Below are positions 24,970 to 38,479 of a stretch of 64,000 bases of DNA, piece after piece. A program made the translations under genes and the position numbers. This stretch comes from Octopus vulgaris. Lineage: Eukaryota. Each line of letters opens with the position of its first letter. Within the stretch, counting starts at the first letter, position 1. The stretch covers positions 212,598,001 through 212,662,000 of the forward strand of contig OX597815.1 of the NCBI GenBank assembly GCA_951406725.2, given 5' to 3'. The notes under the pieces were generated by a model, which worked only from the letters and a program-made list of their open reading frames with translations, ran no database searches and was not told the origin of the DNA.

Positions 24970-25248
24970 ATCAATGTTGAGAGAAACATATTTTTTGAGG
25001 AATTCATTCCAACAAATCAACCATTCCTCTCCCACTGATGGGTAAAAACTTTCCCCTTATTTCCCCATAGCTTTATGCTTTGGATTCCTGATTTCCAATT
25101 TCCATAATAGTTCTAGTTCTTCATGGATATTAGCGGATGTTGCTATGTATACATAACTGGTAACAAGTAGCCCCTGCAGCATAATCCTCATTCCAAGAAT
25201 CCTAAAGCTATTGACGAACTTTGGTTTAATTTCACAGATCCAACAGAA

Positions 25249-25549
25249 ACATCATCATCATCACCGTCATTTAGCGTCCGTTTTCCATGCTAGCATGGGT
25301 TGGACGATTTGGCTGAGGACTGGCGAACCAGATGGCTGCACCAGGCTCCAATCTGATCTGGCAGAGTTTCTACAGTTGGATGCCCTCCCTAATGCCAACC
25401 ACTCTGAGAGTGTAGTGGGTACTTTTACGTGCCATCGGAACAAGGGCCAGTCAGATGGTACTGGCAACAGCCACGCTCAAATGGTGTTTTTTATGTGCCA
25501 CCTGCACAGGAGCCAGTCCAGCGGCACTGGCAACAACCTCGCTCGAATG
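25249..25549 (-). mobile_element. RTE-clade LINE 3' end (family A, variant subfamily)
   Basis: (CAT)n, GGACGATTTGGCTGAGGACTGGCGAACCAGATGGCTGCACC variant core. Confidence 0.85.
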
Positions 25550-25558
25550 TTTGTTTAA

Positions 25559-25781
25559 CCCTTTCATTACCGTATTTATTTTGAGATGCTCTGTGTTTCT
25601 TTCATTTGGCTTTAAATATAACAAAGAATTTAGTAAAATAACTTAGTTATCATTAAGCTAAAGATTAGGAACATAAATTGTGACTAAGGTTTGGTGGAAG
25701 ATTTTAATTCAAAACTTATGAAAACAAGACAATTGTACAACAGAGCCAAGGGCAGTTTCAGCCAGGTTGGTATCAAAAGGG
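25559..25781. mobile_element. piggyBac-type MITE, second family
   Basis: TTAA|CCCTTTCATTACC ... GGTATCAAAAGGG|TTAA; related fragment at ~33080-33237. Confidence 0.85.
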
Positions 25782-26879
25782 TTAAATTACTGGATTTGAA
25801 AGTTACTGATTAATTATAGAGTAACAATTATTATTGTCTTTTATCTTTTAATTGCTTTAATCATTAGACTGCAGTCATGCTGGGGCACCACCTTGAAGAA
25901 TCTTTAGTCAAATCAATCAACTCCAGTAATTAATTTTTTTTTTTTTTTTGCTAAGCATGGTACTTATTCTATTTGTTTCTTTTGCTAAATGATTTTCCTC
26001 ACAGAAAATAAATAAACAAATAAATAAATAGTTCCAGTATGTAAGAGAAAGAGAGTTCATGATGTCAAATATTGGTAACTATGACACCCAGAATCAATGT
26101 TTATTCAAAACTTTCAAGATTTCATAGGTTTTTTATGGGGATTTCTTGCAAAACTTCCATCTCTATTTATCCAAAATGATGGTATGAATCACCATGGGAT
26201 CTCTATCACAGATCACTCAACTTGGTAGAAATAACAGCTGAATCTACCTCAAATTACACCCTACCATCTTCCAAAAAAAGGGTAAGACTCATTAGATAAT
26301 ATAGTTCTAAATATGCTTCAAAAGATAGTATGATCACAGCTGGAATGTCTTCTTTTTATAGATAAGCTCAATCGGGGTTGACATGGGGTTAAACAACAAC
26401 ATCCTAACACAAATATAATCCATGCTTTGCCGAAAAGATCTCATAAGGCCAAAGTATGTCCATAGTTGTTTCCCATACTTGTCAAAATGACTAAACTATT
26501 ATTTATTGAGTTAATAAAGTCTCCTATATTCTTGAAGCCAAATTTGATCGCATATGAATCATATGCAATTTTTGTAAACAACTGGCCACAGGTTGCCAAT
26601 GAGCTCATTGCTGGTGATAAACCCACTACATTTTGATGATGGAAATGGAATATTTAATCACCTACATGCTAATTCATCGGGCTTGGTAGTTCAGTTGTTC
26701 ATGGTTGACAACCAATCAGGAAGGCAACACCTGACAACAACACAGTTGGTGAAATATCATAAAAGAAACCAGTTTGAATTTATTATTATATAAATATATT
26801 TTTTATTATTTATTATATTATTCTATATATTTATTATATTATTTATTATTATTATAGTGTTATAAGAATATAATATAAT

Positions 26880-27027
26880 ATAGTTCTATATTTAAGAGAT
26901 GAGGAATTATGTACATTATTTACATTCAATGGATATTTGTCCACATCTTGTTAACACAATGTTTCGGCTGATATTCCCTCCAGCCTTCTTCAGGTGTCTT
27001 GGGGAAATTTCGAACCTGGGTTCTCAT
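26880..27027 (-). mobile_element. Penelope-like fragment with minimal hammerhead (26954-26997)
   Basis: Minus strand ACAC-CTGAAGA-A-GGCTG-loop-CAGCC-GAAA-CA-TT-GTGT. Confidence 0.65.
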
Positions 27028-27193
27028 TTTGATTTTTGAATTGACAATTGTGTGTCCCCATTTTCTTTTCATTTTTATAAATTTAATATCTACCCATGCA
27101 AAGTCTAAAGTTTTTCTCTACTAAATTAGGTATAAACAGTTGAACCAGTGAAAAATCGGATGTTTTCATCCCTATTTTCCTTGTATTGGATTT

Positions 27194-27232
<39 letters not shown>

Positions 27233-27775
27233 CGTGCATGCGTGCAGGTGGGCGGGCGTGTGTGTGAATAAAGATGCAGGTGTGGCTGCATGGTAAATTT
27301 GCTTCCCGTCTGTATGGCTTCAGGCACTATAGCTGAACAAAATCTTGTGTGAATGGATCTGGTGGACAGAAACCAAAGAAAGCCCCACCCCACCCCCCAA
27401 CCTCTCTCTCTCTGTGTGCGTGTGTGTGTGTAGGAAGGACATCCAGATGATATTATATATATATTATACACACACAAACATCATTATCATCATCAGCTAA
27501 TGTTTATCTTCCATATTTCCAGTCAGTTTGACAGGATCAGATGTGCCAATGGACTGCGTCAAGCTCCAATATCTGCTTTGGCACAGTTCCTACACCTCAA
27601 TGCCACTTTAGAGGGTGGACTGGCTACCTTTGTATGGCACTGGCACTAGAGAAGTTGGTAAGTAACTTGCAAGATAAAGAAGTTACCTCCACTGCGTGGT
27701 AGAGAGATGGGGGTGGGTGGCTTTATGTCATCTATTGAGAAACATAAGTACGATAGAGAGTCAGGAAAAGGTCTC

Positions 27776-27778
<3 letters not shown>

Positions 27779-27817
<39 letters not shown>

Positions 27818-28138
27818 TATACATATATATATATATACATATATACATATATACATATATATACATATATACATATATATATACATATATACATATATAA
27901 ATATATATACATATATACATATATATACATATATATAATATATATACATATATACATATATACATATATATATACATATATACATATATATACATATATA
28001 TAACATATATATACACATATATATACATATATATACACATATATACATATATATACATATATATACATATATATACATATATATATACATATATATACAT
28101 ATATATACATATATATATATATATACATATATATATAC

Positions 28139-28171
<33 letters not shown>

Positions 28172-28180
28172 CATATATAT
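27779..28180. repeat. Compound (TA)n/(TACA) microsatellite
   Basis: ~400 bp made almost entirely of TA and CA dinucleotides. Confidence 0.95.
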
Positions 28181-28512
28181 AATTTTATAAAAAAAAAAAT
28201 TATATTCTAATACAAGAAATAATCTTGCACTCAAATAATCTTTGCACTTGTGATTTTTTAATGTTTTACCATACCGTGGGTTATTTTGAGTAAACACTAT
28301 CTGAGAGAAATTTCTTTAAGTATTGAAATGTAAAAAATTTATTTTGGCTGCTATTTCTAATGAGTTCAGTATGTGGCAAAGTATTATTTTACTAAGCCCT
28401 TTATAAAATGTAATATTTATAAAATGTAATATTTTGAATAAATGGTCCTTTACATACTGAATACTTGGTGAAATTATAATAATTAATTAATTTTACCTCA
28501 ATATTATACATA

Positions 28513-28544
<32 letters not shown>

Positions 28545-28797
28545 CATATATATATAGGCAAATCAGTGACAAAGAGTGAATTCAAAAACAAATGCAAAAG
28601 TCAAATGGATGTTCATAGTGACTATATTAGTTTGATACTCGGTAAAAGTCTTCAATGGAAAAGAAAACATATAAGGTTTCAAGTATAGTTCTTTGCTAGA
28701 TAGAGGGAGATAAATCAGAGAATAAAAAAGAAAAAAAACAGATAGTCAGTAGAAAAGCACGTGGGTTGCTACACGGTTAAAAAAAAACACATATATG

Positions 28798-29000
28798 CAT
28801 TATCATCATCATCATCATCATCGTTTAATGTCCGCTTTCCATGCTAGCATGGGTTGGATGATTTGACTGAGGAATGGCGAAACAGATGGCTGCACCAGGC
28901 TCCAATCTTGATCTGGCAGAGTTTCTACAGCTGGATGCCCTTCCTAACACCAACCGCTCAAATGGTGCTTTTTACATGCCACTTGCTACGACCTCACTCG
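28798..29000 (-). mobile_element. Family A RTE 3' end with internal deletion
   Basis: (CAT)n plus core; jumps from CCAACC to GCTCAAATGGTGC. Confidence 0.8.
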
Positions 29001-29533
29001 AATATGCACATGTATATATACATATATATACATAGACAGACACACATACGTGTGTTAAATGCAGAGTGGTAGAATCATTGAAATAATCTAAAACACGTAT
29101 ACATCATTCACTTTAACCATTTTTTTTTTTTATTAATCTAGAACAGCAATGGCCAAACTGCATGCAGTTCTCTAAGCTATTAGACATTACTCCCAAGATA
29201 ATAATGGATTTCAGTGCCATTTTTCCTGAAACAGCTTTAGCATCCTACCAGCCAGATTTTAAAGTATTAACTGCAGAAATGAAAACTCAATAAAAACCAT
29301 CAACAAACAGAGGTGAATCAGTTTACTTCAGAGAGCAAAACTGTGCAGCGGTCATCACCATCATCATCACTATCATCAACATCTTTTGGATGTTGTCCGT
29401 TATCAAGCACTACACAAGGTACTTTTTTTTTTTTTTTTGCGTGGTCAAAAGGTGCAACAAGTATTTTTTTAAATTATATTTATAAATATGAAAATATACT
29501 GCTACTCAAACTGAAAGCAGTTTGTCATAAAAG

Positions 29534-29711
29534 CATAGGTGCTGGTGTCACATAAAAAGCACCAAGTGCACTCTGTAAAGTGGTTGGTGTTAGGAAGGGC
29601 ATCCAGCTATAAAAACCAAGCCAAAACAGACTGGTGGGACCTGGTACAGCCTTTGGCCCTGCCAGTTCTTGTCAAGCAGTCCAACCTATACCATCATGGG
29701 TTGACGATGAT
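29534..29711 (+). mobile_element. Diverged family A RTE 3' end
   Basis: CACATAAAAAGCACC...GGTTGGTGTTAGGAAGGGCATCCAGC. Confidence 0.7.
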
Positions 29712-30012
29712 GTGTGTGTGTGTGTGTGCCTGTGTGTGTTTATGTATGTATGCATGCATGTATGTATATGTGTGAGTGTGTGCATGCATGTGTTACTGTC
29801 TCCTTACCTTAACATTGTGTGATAGATATAAGCAAATGGGGTCCTTTGTTACCAAAACTTCTGAGAAAACCTGCCCGTTCATGGGGAAATATTACTGTAC
29901 AGGTGATGGTGGGTGATAGGAAGGGTATCTAGATATAAAAAATCCAGCTCAACCAAATTTGTCTGAGCCATGCAAGCATGGAAAGTAGGAGTGATGAGAA
30001 TGGTATAAATAA

Positions 30013-30043
<31 letters not shown>

Positions 30044-30684
30044 TACACAGAGGGTTTGATAAGTGGCAACAGACAAAACTCTTGGCCCTCGAGTCATTCT
30101 GTTGCTAAACATAAACACACACAAAATCTCGTCATTTTTATGTCTACTCTTCATTGCTTGCATGGATAACATGAAATTCTTTGAGGCAGATTTTCTGTGT
30201 CCTTGCTGTTACCAACCATCACCTGTTCCCAAGTATGGTAATATTTGAACACAAATAGCTCAATAGCATCACATTTCAATAACAAACGGTAAACAAATGA
30301 CACCATCTGTGTATCAATAGCAACTTTGTTTACAATTAGCAAACAAATATCAAGACTCGGAGATACAAGCGCACTCACACACACACACACACACTATAGT
30401 TTTCGTCTGCTAAATTCACTTGAAAGGCTTTCAGTGGCCAATGACTACAGTAGATGACACTTGCTCAAGGTGTCGCACAGTAAGACTGGATCTGGAACCA
30501 CAAAGTTGCAAAGTGAACATTATTAACCACATATTCATGCCTGTGCCACATATATACATACATACATAATGTACAATATATGGATTTATATAATCCAGTG
30601 GTAATCAGAATAAATCTCCTTTAGTGGACCCGGCTACATACAACAGTACCATGCAACTTATAGCATACATATTAGTGCAGGCAT

Positions 30685-31005
30685 GTGACACTCCATCGGT
30701 TACAACAACAAGGATTCCAGTTGATCCAATCAATGGAACAGCCTGCTTATGCAATTAACAGGCAAGTGGCTGAGTAATCCACAGATATGCGTAACCTTAA
30801 CATAATTCTCAGGGAGATCCTGTGTGATGTAGAATGTGACAAGGCTAGACTTTTAAAATACAAGTTCTACTCATTTTTGCCAGCTGAGTGGATTGGAGCA
30901 ACATGAAATAAAGTGTCTTGCTCAAGGACTCAATGCATCACTGGGAATTGAATTCCCAACCTTACAATCATGAGCCAAACACCCTAACCACTAAACCATG
31001 TGCCT
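30685..31005 (-). mobile_element. tRNA-headed SINE (family D2)
   Basis: Reverse complement of the 48917-49237 element; GAAATAAAGTGTCTTGCTCAAGG body. Confidence 0.8.
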
Positions 31006-31154
31006 GCATGCACTAAAATTATTTTTGCATGATGCTGGTTGCAAAACGCCTGTCATCCTATGGATATCAACTGGTGATATAAATTATATCCATCTCATAT
31101 CTTCTGATTCCCTTCATATTTTATGCATGCATGTATGTCCATGCATGTATGCAT

Positions 31155-31194
<40 letters not shown>

Positions 31195-31999
31195 TCATAC
31201 ATTTTGCTGCCCTCTCTGGTAACCAAGAAAATTACGAATTTCTCTGCCAAACATTCTGGAACCTAACATCAATAAAATATTTAAAACTTGTCCTCCAAAT
31301 AATACACAACACTTGGAGCCCATTTGGACATTATGCCAAATTAACTATTTTGATGTTTTGTCCATGCACTTATTTTAGCATTCGAAACTGGTTATTTTAA
31401 AAAGCATCCAGACTTGTTTTCACTGAAGCATAACGAACAAATGTGACAAACCCACATCAATATCGTATTTGGTTTGTTGAGACCACTTATCTAAAACTAT
31501 CAAATAAAATCTTAGAAAGCTGGGCAAACACACCCTAAAAGCAAAAGTGTTTGCAGTTGTTCCAGGATCTGGAAATGTATTTTAGTCAGTCACAAAATGA
31601 CTGTCAACAGAAACAGAGAGTCATAGCATAGAAATGGTATATAAAAAACAAAAAATCAGGCAAAACAATGATAAACGATGGGCTCATATAGGATAACAAA
31701 GAAGTAAACAGGCCAATGAAGAAACCTTTCGAGACAGTTGATCTGATAGAATTAGTAGGTGAATTTCATTCAAATCATATCTTACTTACTTCAAAAAGAA
31801 AAGAAAGATGCATTGGATCTCAAAGATAAATAGAGACAGCCATTAACAAAGACTTTCCTTTCAATCTCTCTCTCCCTCTCTCTCTTCTCTCTCTCTCCCT
31901 CCCCAGTGTGACCACCAGTATTGTTTCAGCAAAGCCAAACCCATTATTAATTTCTCCCTAACCTTCTCCAACCACCATCTACATGCAACCTCATTATCA

Positions 32000-32715
32000 C
32001 ACACCAAACCTACATTCATTCCATGGAAGGAGACCCTCAGAGCTTCCTTCAGTAGAACAATACTAATGTTGTCTCTTTTAACAGAAAATAACTCAAGCAC
32101 TACTCATAATAAAAAAAAAATACATCAGACCCCCTCTAAATGTGAGCAACACTCAGCTAGCATTCTTTCAGTCACTCCAAATGCTAGGCTTCACTATTAC
32201 TGAGGAATTCTTCTGGCAAAAACGCATACTTAACATAGGTAGAACTGCATCCCAAAGATCGGTCTGCTCTTCAGAGCCAGAAAATATTTCACTCCCCAAA
32301 CAGTTGCTAATCCTCTACAAGGCTCATGTAAGGTCCACAATGGAGTGCTGGTCTCACATCTGAGACAGTGCTGCTGTTATAAAACATCTTGGACTGCAGC
32401 CAGAGAAAGATCACTTGACTGACTAGTATTAAATCCCTAACAGGCATACTCCAGCCTCTAGTCCACATGTGCTCTATCTCTTATCTCTGTCTTTATCATA
32501 ATAGCCTCTGTTCCTCAGAATTTACTAATCTCCTATCTTCCCCCACTCATTCTCCCCTGACCCACTCATCTCTCCACTTTTTTGCCACTTTTATTGCATC
32601 CACACACTTTCTGCCCTGCACTCGCCATTATGTTCAGTCTTTCCTCCATAGAGCATCAGCCCCATGTAATCTCCTTATCCATGTCTTTCCTGCAGGTATT
32701 GACTTACAACAGTTT
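32000..32715 (+). mobile_element. CR1/Jockey-group LINE ORF2 C-terminal relic
   Basis: QLLILYKAHVRSTMECWSHI* matches LYKAQxRPxMEYCSHxW; related fragment at ~37860-38240. Confidence 0.7.
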
Positions 32716-32784
32716 AACCTTTTTTGTTACCATATTTCTGTTGAAATACACTATCTTACATTTATGAATTTGTGTTGCAAGATT

Positions 32785-33078
32785 CCTGATGTGAAACCAT
32801 GTGTTGGAACAGATATTGTTGTACTTCGGGATGGCCATTTTTAAAAAAATTTTTCTAGAACAGAATGGACTAAGCCGAGTAAGAGCACACACAAAGAAGA
32901 AAGTGTAGCTGAAGAGGTCAAAGATGTGTAATAAAAGATTTCTGGACAACGGACACAAGTTAGAATAAGAACAGAAATAAATGAGTGAAGAACAAACATA
33001 TAGTACGTGTGTTTATTTGGGAAAAAAAAATACAATGACCGTCCTGAAATACAACAATATACTATCTTAGTTCCAATT
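32785..33078. mobile_element. Element bounded by ~35-bp inverted repeats
   Basis: ATATTGTTGTACTTCGGGATGGCCATT pairs with AATGACCGTCCTGAAATACAACAATAT; related interior at ~59440-59608. Confidence 0.55.
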
Positions 33079-33678
33079 ATTTTTTAAATGATGCAGAATT
33101 TAGTAAAATAACTTTTTCAATATTAAAATGGTATCTGGAACAAATTAATTTGAAATTTTGATGGAAATTTTAATTTGGATCACTTTAAAACAGAAATCAA
33201 GGAACAGTCTCAGGCAGTTTCATACCAAAATAGTTAAACAGAACATTAATGTCATCAAACTCATCAGTTTTCAAGGGCCTCCCAAAGCCAAGGTAATGTC
33301 CCTTCATCCAGATTCAACAAGTTAAAAGAAATATCTTACAGATTCTTTAGGATAAGTAGTATATAGGGGTGATCAAAACTAGAATAACTTTTAATGATAG
33401 ATAGGTTTGTTCAAACAGAGCTGGCTTGAGAAGAAACTACAACAGAGACTACAGGAAGAGCTGTTAAAGAATAAACCCAAGGAATGTCAGCAGTGACAGT
33501 CATATCCAGTTTTACCAAACTCTATGAAACAATACAATGCAGGCAAGATTTATAGCAAAAATAACCAGAATTTTAAAAAACAATAATTCCATTATGGTGA
33601 AAATGGGATGGATGCAATTTAAAATCATTGTTTAACATCATTTAAGATCAAACACAGGTGTAGCTGTGTGGTAAGAAG

Positions 33679-33906
33679 GCGGTGAGCTGGCAGAATCGTT
33701 AGCCCACCAGGTGAAATGCTTAGCGGTATTTCGTCTGCCATTATGTTCCGAGTTCAAATTCCACCGAGGTCAACTTTGCCTTTCATCCTTTCGGGGTCGA
33801 TAAATTAAGTACCAGTTACGCACTGGGGTCCATATAATCAACTTAATCCCTTTGTCTGTCCTTGTTTGTCCCCTCTATGTTTAGCCCCTTGTGAGCAATA
33901 AAGAAA
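33679..33906 (+). mobile_element. Family B SINE inserted into the head of a family C SINE (33653-34015)
   Basis: TSD TAAGAAG at 33672-33678 and 33907-33913; family C sequence resumes after it. Confidence 0.9.
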
Positions 33907-34615
33907 TAAGAAGCCTGCTTCCTAACCACATGGTTTTCAGTTTGCATGATCCTTCAGACAAGTGTCTTCTACTATAGTGGATTTGTTAGATTGAAACTGA
34001 AAGAAGCCCGTCGTGCAAGCAAGTGTCTGCTATTCTTTCTCTGCCTTGACATCCTGTAACACCTGCAAAGAAGAGTTCCCCATCATGCAAGACACATCTT
34101 TTGTTTCCAATCTTCCACGAAAGTATGTCTGGTTACAGAGAAAACATTACCTTACTTGGGAATAGGTGACAGTTGGTAGCAGGAGGGGGATCAAGCCATA
34201 GCAAATATGCCACAACAAATTCCATTTGATGACGAAAATTAACCAAATAATTATAAATGGAGAAAAACACAGAAGATTTAGTGTCAAAAGAAGTAGAGAT
34301 TGACTTGGATGAAATCTGCAATAAGTCTAAACATTATTTTATAGTTTTAAAATACATCATATTTGTTTAATCATTTGTTGATGAGAAGGATGACAACTAT
34401 GCTTTTTTTTCTTCAACTATGGAATACTTTGTTGTGAAACCCAATATTATCAACTGACCTGTCCAATACAACTTATCATGAAAATTATAGTATTGAGAAT
34501 GCAATTCTTTGAGATTTTAAGACATTTCTAAAAGTCATGAGAACTTCCCAGAATATATTTTTAAAACAATAAAGTACATTTTGACAGCTCTATAAACTCA
34601 ATTTATAAAGAAGGT

Positions 34616-34649
<34 letters not shown>

Positions 34650-34654
<5 letters not shown>

Positions 34655-34865
34655 ATCCAAACATGAACAAAGAGAAAACACAACAACGCAAGGACATGGA
34701 ATAAGTATAGTGTTATTAAACACTCAGGAAAGGAAAGAAAGAAGGAGGATTTCACATTTTGAGCAGAGCTCTTCGTCAGAAATATAGAAAAAATGAAAAG
34801 TCCAAAGAAGGGAAGATGGAGAAAGAAAATCGCTAACAATGCACACGTGGTCACATATTGAAAAT
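34650..34865 (-). mobile_element. Penelope-like repeat (same family as 6763-6945) with degenerate hammerhead (~34750-34782)
   Basis: Minus strand TTT-CTGACGA-A-GAGC-TCT-GCTC-AAAATGTG-AAA. Confidence 0.6.
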
Positions 34866-35080
34866 ATACATACATATATATATATATATATTCTTGGAAC
34901 TTACAGATACTTAACCTTAAGAAGCAAGGCCATTGTTCTTTAAATGACTACTTATATCTGATCTTTTAGACAAGCTGGTTCTTTGTAACCAAATACCATC
35001 ATCAGATAGAGCAAAAACCAATCAATCTAATATCAAGGACTGGATCTGTCAGTCTGTCACATGTGCACACACACACACAT

Positions 35081-35123
<43 letters not shown>

Positions 35124-35157
35124 CGATTTCATTGGCCTCGGTATTCCATCTACCTAC

Positions 35158-35198
35158 CTAGCATTCTGTCGGTCAACACAGTCATCTCTATGTATGTG
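35158..35198 (-). CDS. Candidate 41-nt exon with start codon, MTVLTDRML + G (phase 1; ATG at 35185)
   Basis: Acceptor ...TTACCTGCAG, donor TAG|GTAGGT; 28 coding nt. Confidence 0.4.
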
Positions 35199-35494
35199 CT
35201 GCAGGTAATTTACTAGTAAAATAAAATTAACAAAACATCCTAAGAAAATTATACCCCTACAACCGAACAACAGATGGCAATACAAGTGGAACCGTTTAGG
35301 ATGGAGCATTGTCAAAAAGAAACAATTTCTTTGATTGCCAACTATAAAGAGATAAAATTCAGATAGTACTATGTATTTTACCACCTTTAAGATCAAATTA
35401 GATAACACTATGTAATAAATTTTTTTATTTTTTTCTGTTTTTGGTAAGTGTTCTTTTCTATTTGCTTTTATCTAAAAATCAAAGGAAATGACTA

Positions 35495-35811
35495 TTATTC
35501 CCTTCAAACTTTGCTTTTGTGACCTGGACATCTATATTTTGAAACTGACCTATTTTCCATCATATATTAGACAGATTCAGTGTTGAGTTGCAGAAGCAGA
35601 AATTTTGTTATAGCAAACATTCTGCTCAATACCACAGATTTGCTTGTCAGTTGCTTGACCTTAACCAGTTGAGCATGTGCCTTAGTGGCTGATAATGTGT
35701 ACCATCTCTGATCATGAGTAGGAGTAGTGGGAGAGCATCATAACCATGTGTTGAGAGGGATTCTTTGGGGTTTGAGTAAATATCGCAACAAAAGCAAAGT
35801 TTCAAAGAAAT
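35495..35811. mobile_element. MITE with ~27-bp TIRs
   Basis: TATTCCCTTCAAACTTTGCTTTTGT pairs with ACAAAAGCAAAGTTTCAAAGAAATA. Confidence 0.65.
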
Positions 35812-35963
35812 ATTAGCTATTTTTCATACATTCTAGGGGTAAACAAATAGGAATTAACAGTCACAACCCAAGGACAAAAATCGTGTTACATAATGTAATA
35901 AATAACAATTATGTGTAAGTTATTCCTTTATCTGGTGAATTATTTTCACTTATTTTCTATAGG

Positions 35964-36362
35964 TTCAGACATGACTGTGTGATAAGAAGTTTGCTTCTCA
36001 ACCCCAAGGTTTTAGGTTCAGTCACACTGCATAGCACCTTAGGCAAATGTCTTCTACTACAACCCCAGGCTGACCAAAGCCTTGTCAGTGAATTTGGTAG
36101 ACAGAAACTGAATAAAGCTTGTCACACACACGTGTGTGTGTATGTGTGTTTGCTTGTTTCTGTCCTTCCCACCATTACTTGACAACTGGTGTTGACTTGT
36201 TTACATACCCATAACTTAGTGGTACAGCAAAAGGGACTAATAGAATCAGTGTCAGGGTTCATGAAAAAAACAAAAGTACTGGAGTTGATTTATTCGACTA
36301 AGCCCTTCCAGGTAGTGTCCCAGCCAGATTGCAGTCCAATGACTAAAACAAGATAAAAGATA
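35964..36362 (+). mobile_element. tRNA-headed SINE (family C), followed by a diverged family B SINE (~36365-36560)
   Basis: GACTGTGTGATAAGAAGTTTGCTTC head, GGTAGACAGAAACTG body, GCAGTCCAATGACTAAAACAAG tail. Confidence 0.8.
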
Positions 36363-36767
36363 ACAGTGAACTGGCAGAATCATTACGACACCAGACAAGA
36401 TGCTTGGTAGCGTTTTTTCTTGCTCTTTACATTCTGGGTTCAAATACAGCCACGGTCAACTTTGCCATTCATCCTTTCAGGGATTGATAAAATTAGTGCC
36501 AGTGGAGCACTGGGGTCATCTCTCCTCGAAATTACAGGTCCTGTGCCAAAATGTGAAAGAATTATTTTCCAAGAATATATCAATGAGGCAAATGATTGCT
36601 GGATTGTACATGATACGCCTTATTTATGTGTGGATGTATGTTGTACTTTATGAGTATGAAACTTGAATTAGCTCACCCATGGCTTTTGTATTCATTAAAT
36701 AGTATATTGTGTTGCCTGCACGCATGCAAACATACATACATAAACATACACACACACACACACACAG

Positions 36768-37110
36768 GAGGAGACCCCCTTCAGTCATGAATGACCATGG
36801 GATTGCACCTAGAAAGTTACCCTCCGAGGCACAAGTCAGGGCAAGGTTGTTTATGGAAGACCAGCAGTCGCCCATGCATAACAGCCTCCCCTCGCCACAC
36901 CACTGATGTTATCCAAGACAAAAGGCAAAGGGGCCGATACAGCTTGGCACCAGTAATGTCGCAACTCATTTCTACAGCTGAGTGAAATGGGGCGACGTGA
37001 AATAAAGTGTCTTGCTCAAGAACACAACGCAGAGCCCAGTCCGGGAATCAAACTCACAACCTCACGATCGTAAGCTCTACGCTCTAACCATTAAGCCATG
37101 CACCTTCACA
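36768..37110 (-). mobile_element. tRNA-headed SINE (family D1)
   Basis: GACCATGGGATTGCACCTAGAAAGTTACCCTCC tail and GAAATAAAGTGTCTTGCTCAAGAACAC body; also at 54758 and 58432. Confidence 0.85.
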
Positions 37111-38479
37111 CACACACACAATGTTATCAATATATTGATAATTATAGAAGAATTGTGGTTTCAAGATCAGGTTTCAGGATTAGACAAAATGCCTTGTGAT
37201 GCTCAGTTATATTTCCAAGTTAGAATGCTGCTTCCCAGTATGATGGAAAAGTACCAGCCTTTACACAGGTGATATCATTGACTGATCCCTCCCTCAAATT
37301 TGGGGTGTTATGCAGGAGTCAGAAACCAATATTATTTTGGTGGTTATTTCTTCAATTCACTGCAGTACTTTAGTTTAGAAACAGCTACATACACTATTAG
37401 AGTCTAGTAATATTATTTTTTTCAAAGTAATTGAAAATTGATAAATGATATACATGTTAATATGGATATAAATTACATAAGGCATCTGCTAGATTCGTTA
37501 ATATAGTAGAAAACAAAAATGACATTAAAAATGTATCCTTGTGCATCCCTTATCAGTTTCTTACAATTTCAATAAATCCTCATTATATTTTTTCTCCTTT
37601 TTCATTTTAATATTTGCTTTTCTATGACATAATACATTAAATAGTTATTTGATTACTTCAGATATCTGAAGCCCCAAACAGGGCTGTCTTCTTCACATGC
37701 TTAACGAGTGATAACTATTCTAGGTTGCTGACTAATATGTTTGAAATAACCTGTGTTAATTAAGTACAGGCAACAATTGATATAGCAAGATTTAAAATTA
37801 AGATGTAGTAACAGTATACATAACAACAGCAGCATCTCAGATGTGAGAATAATGTTCAAGTGAAGCCTACACTAGGGGGTTGATTCTTCCAGCATCTTGG
37901 ATGATGCTGCTATGCACACAGACATCATGGACCACATTTGGGGTTACTTAACTGATTGGGATTAAGCTTCACAGACATGCTCCAGTCTCTGGTCAACAGG
38001 TATGTTGCCATCCCTCACTCCCTTTTATAAAGTTACATTAATGACCTCTGTTCTTGGAGCCAGCTAGTCTTGGACTTTCTCCACTCAGATACTCCCGAAC
38101 CACTTGTCACTCCTCCAACCCCATACTAACTATTATGCCCAGTCCTTTCTCCCAAAAACATCATCCCACTGGAATCTCCTTCCTGCTCAGGTCTTCCTTG
38201 CAAGTGTTCATATGAATAGTTTAAATGGAACAGCATCAATCACTGGATTTAGAAGGCCTACCAAGGTCACAATCACTGATGCTTAGTCCAAAACCAGCAA
38301 AATAAAATAGAACTAAGCAATCCAATTATCTAACTATTAACTAGTGTGTCACCTTATGAGTAGGCATTAATTCTAAAACATCTTAGAAACTATTTCATAC
38401 AAACCCAAAACATTTTACAAAATTAAGATACAATAACATGCCACTTAGATATTAAAACTTTTCTTTGACTGGGGACAGG

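Noticed and set aside
26681-26694. 14-nt exact match GCTTGGTAGTTCAG with 44164-44177
   Set aside because: Several 14-mer matches are expected by chance in 64 kb
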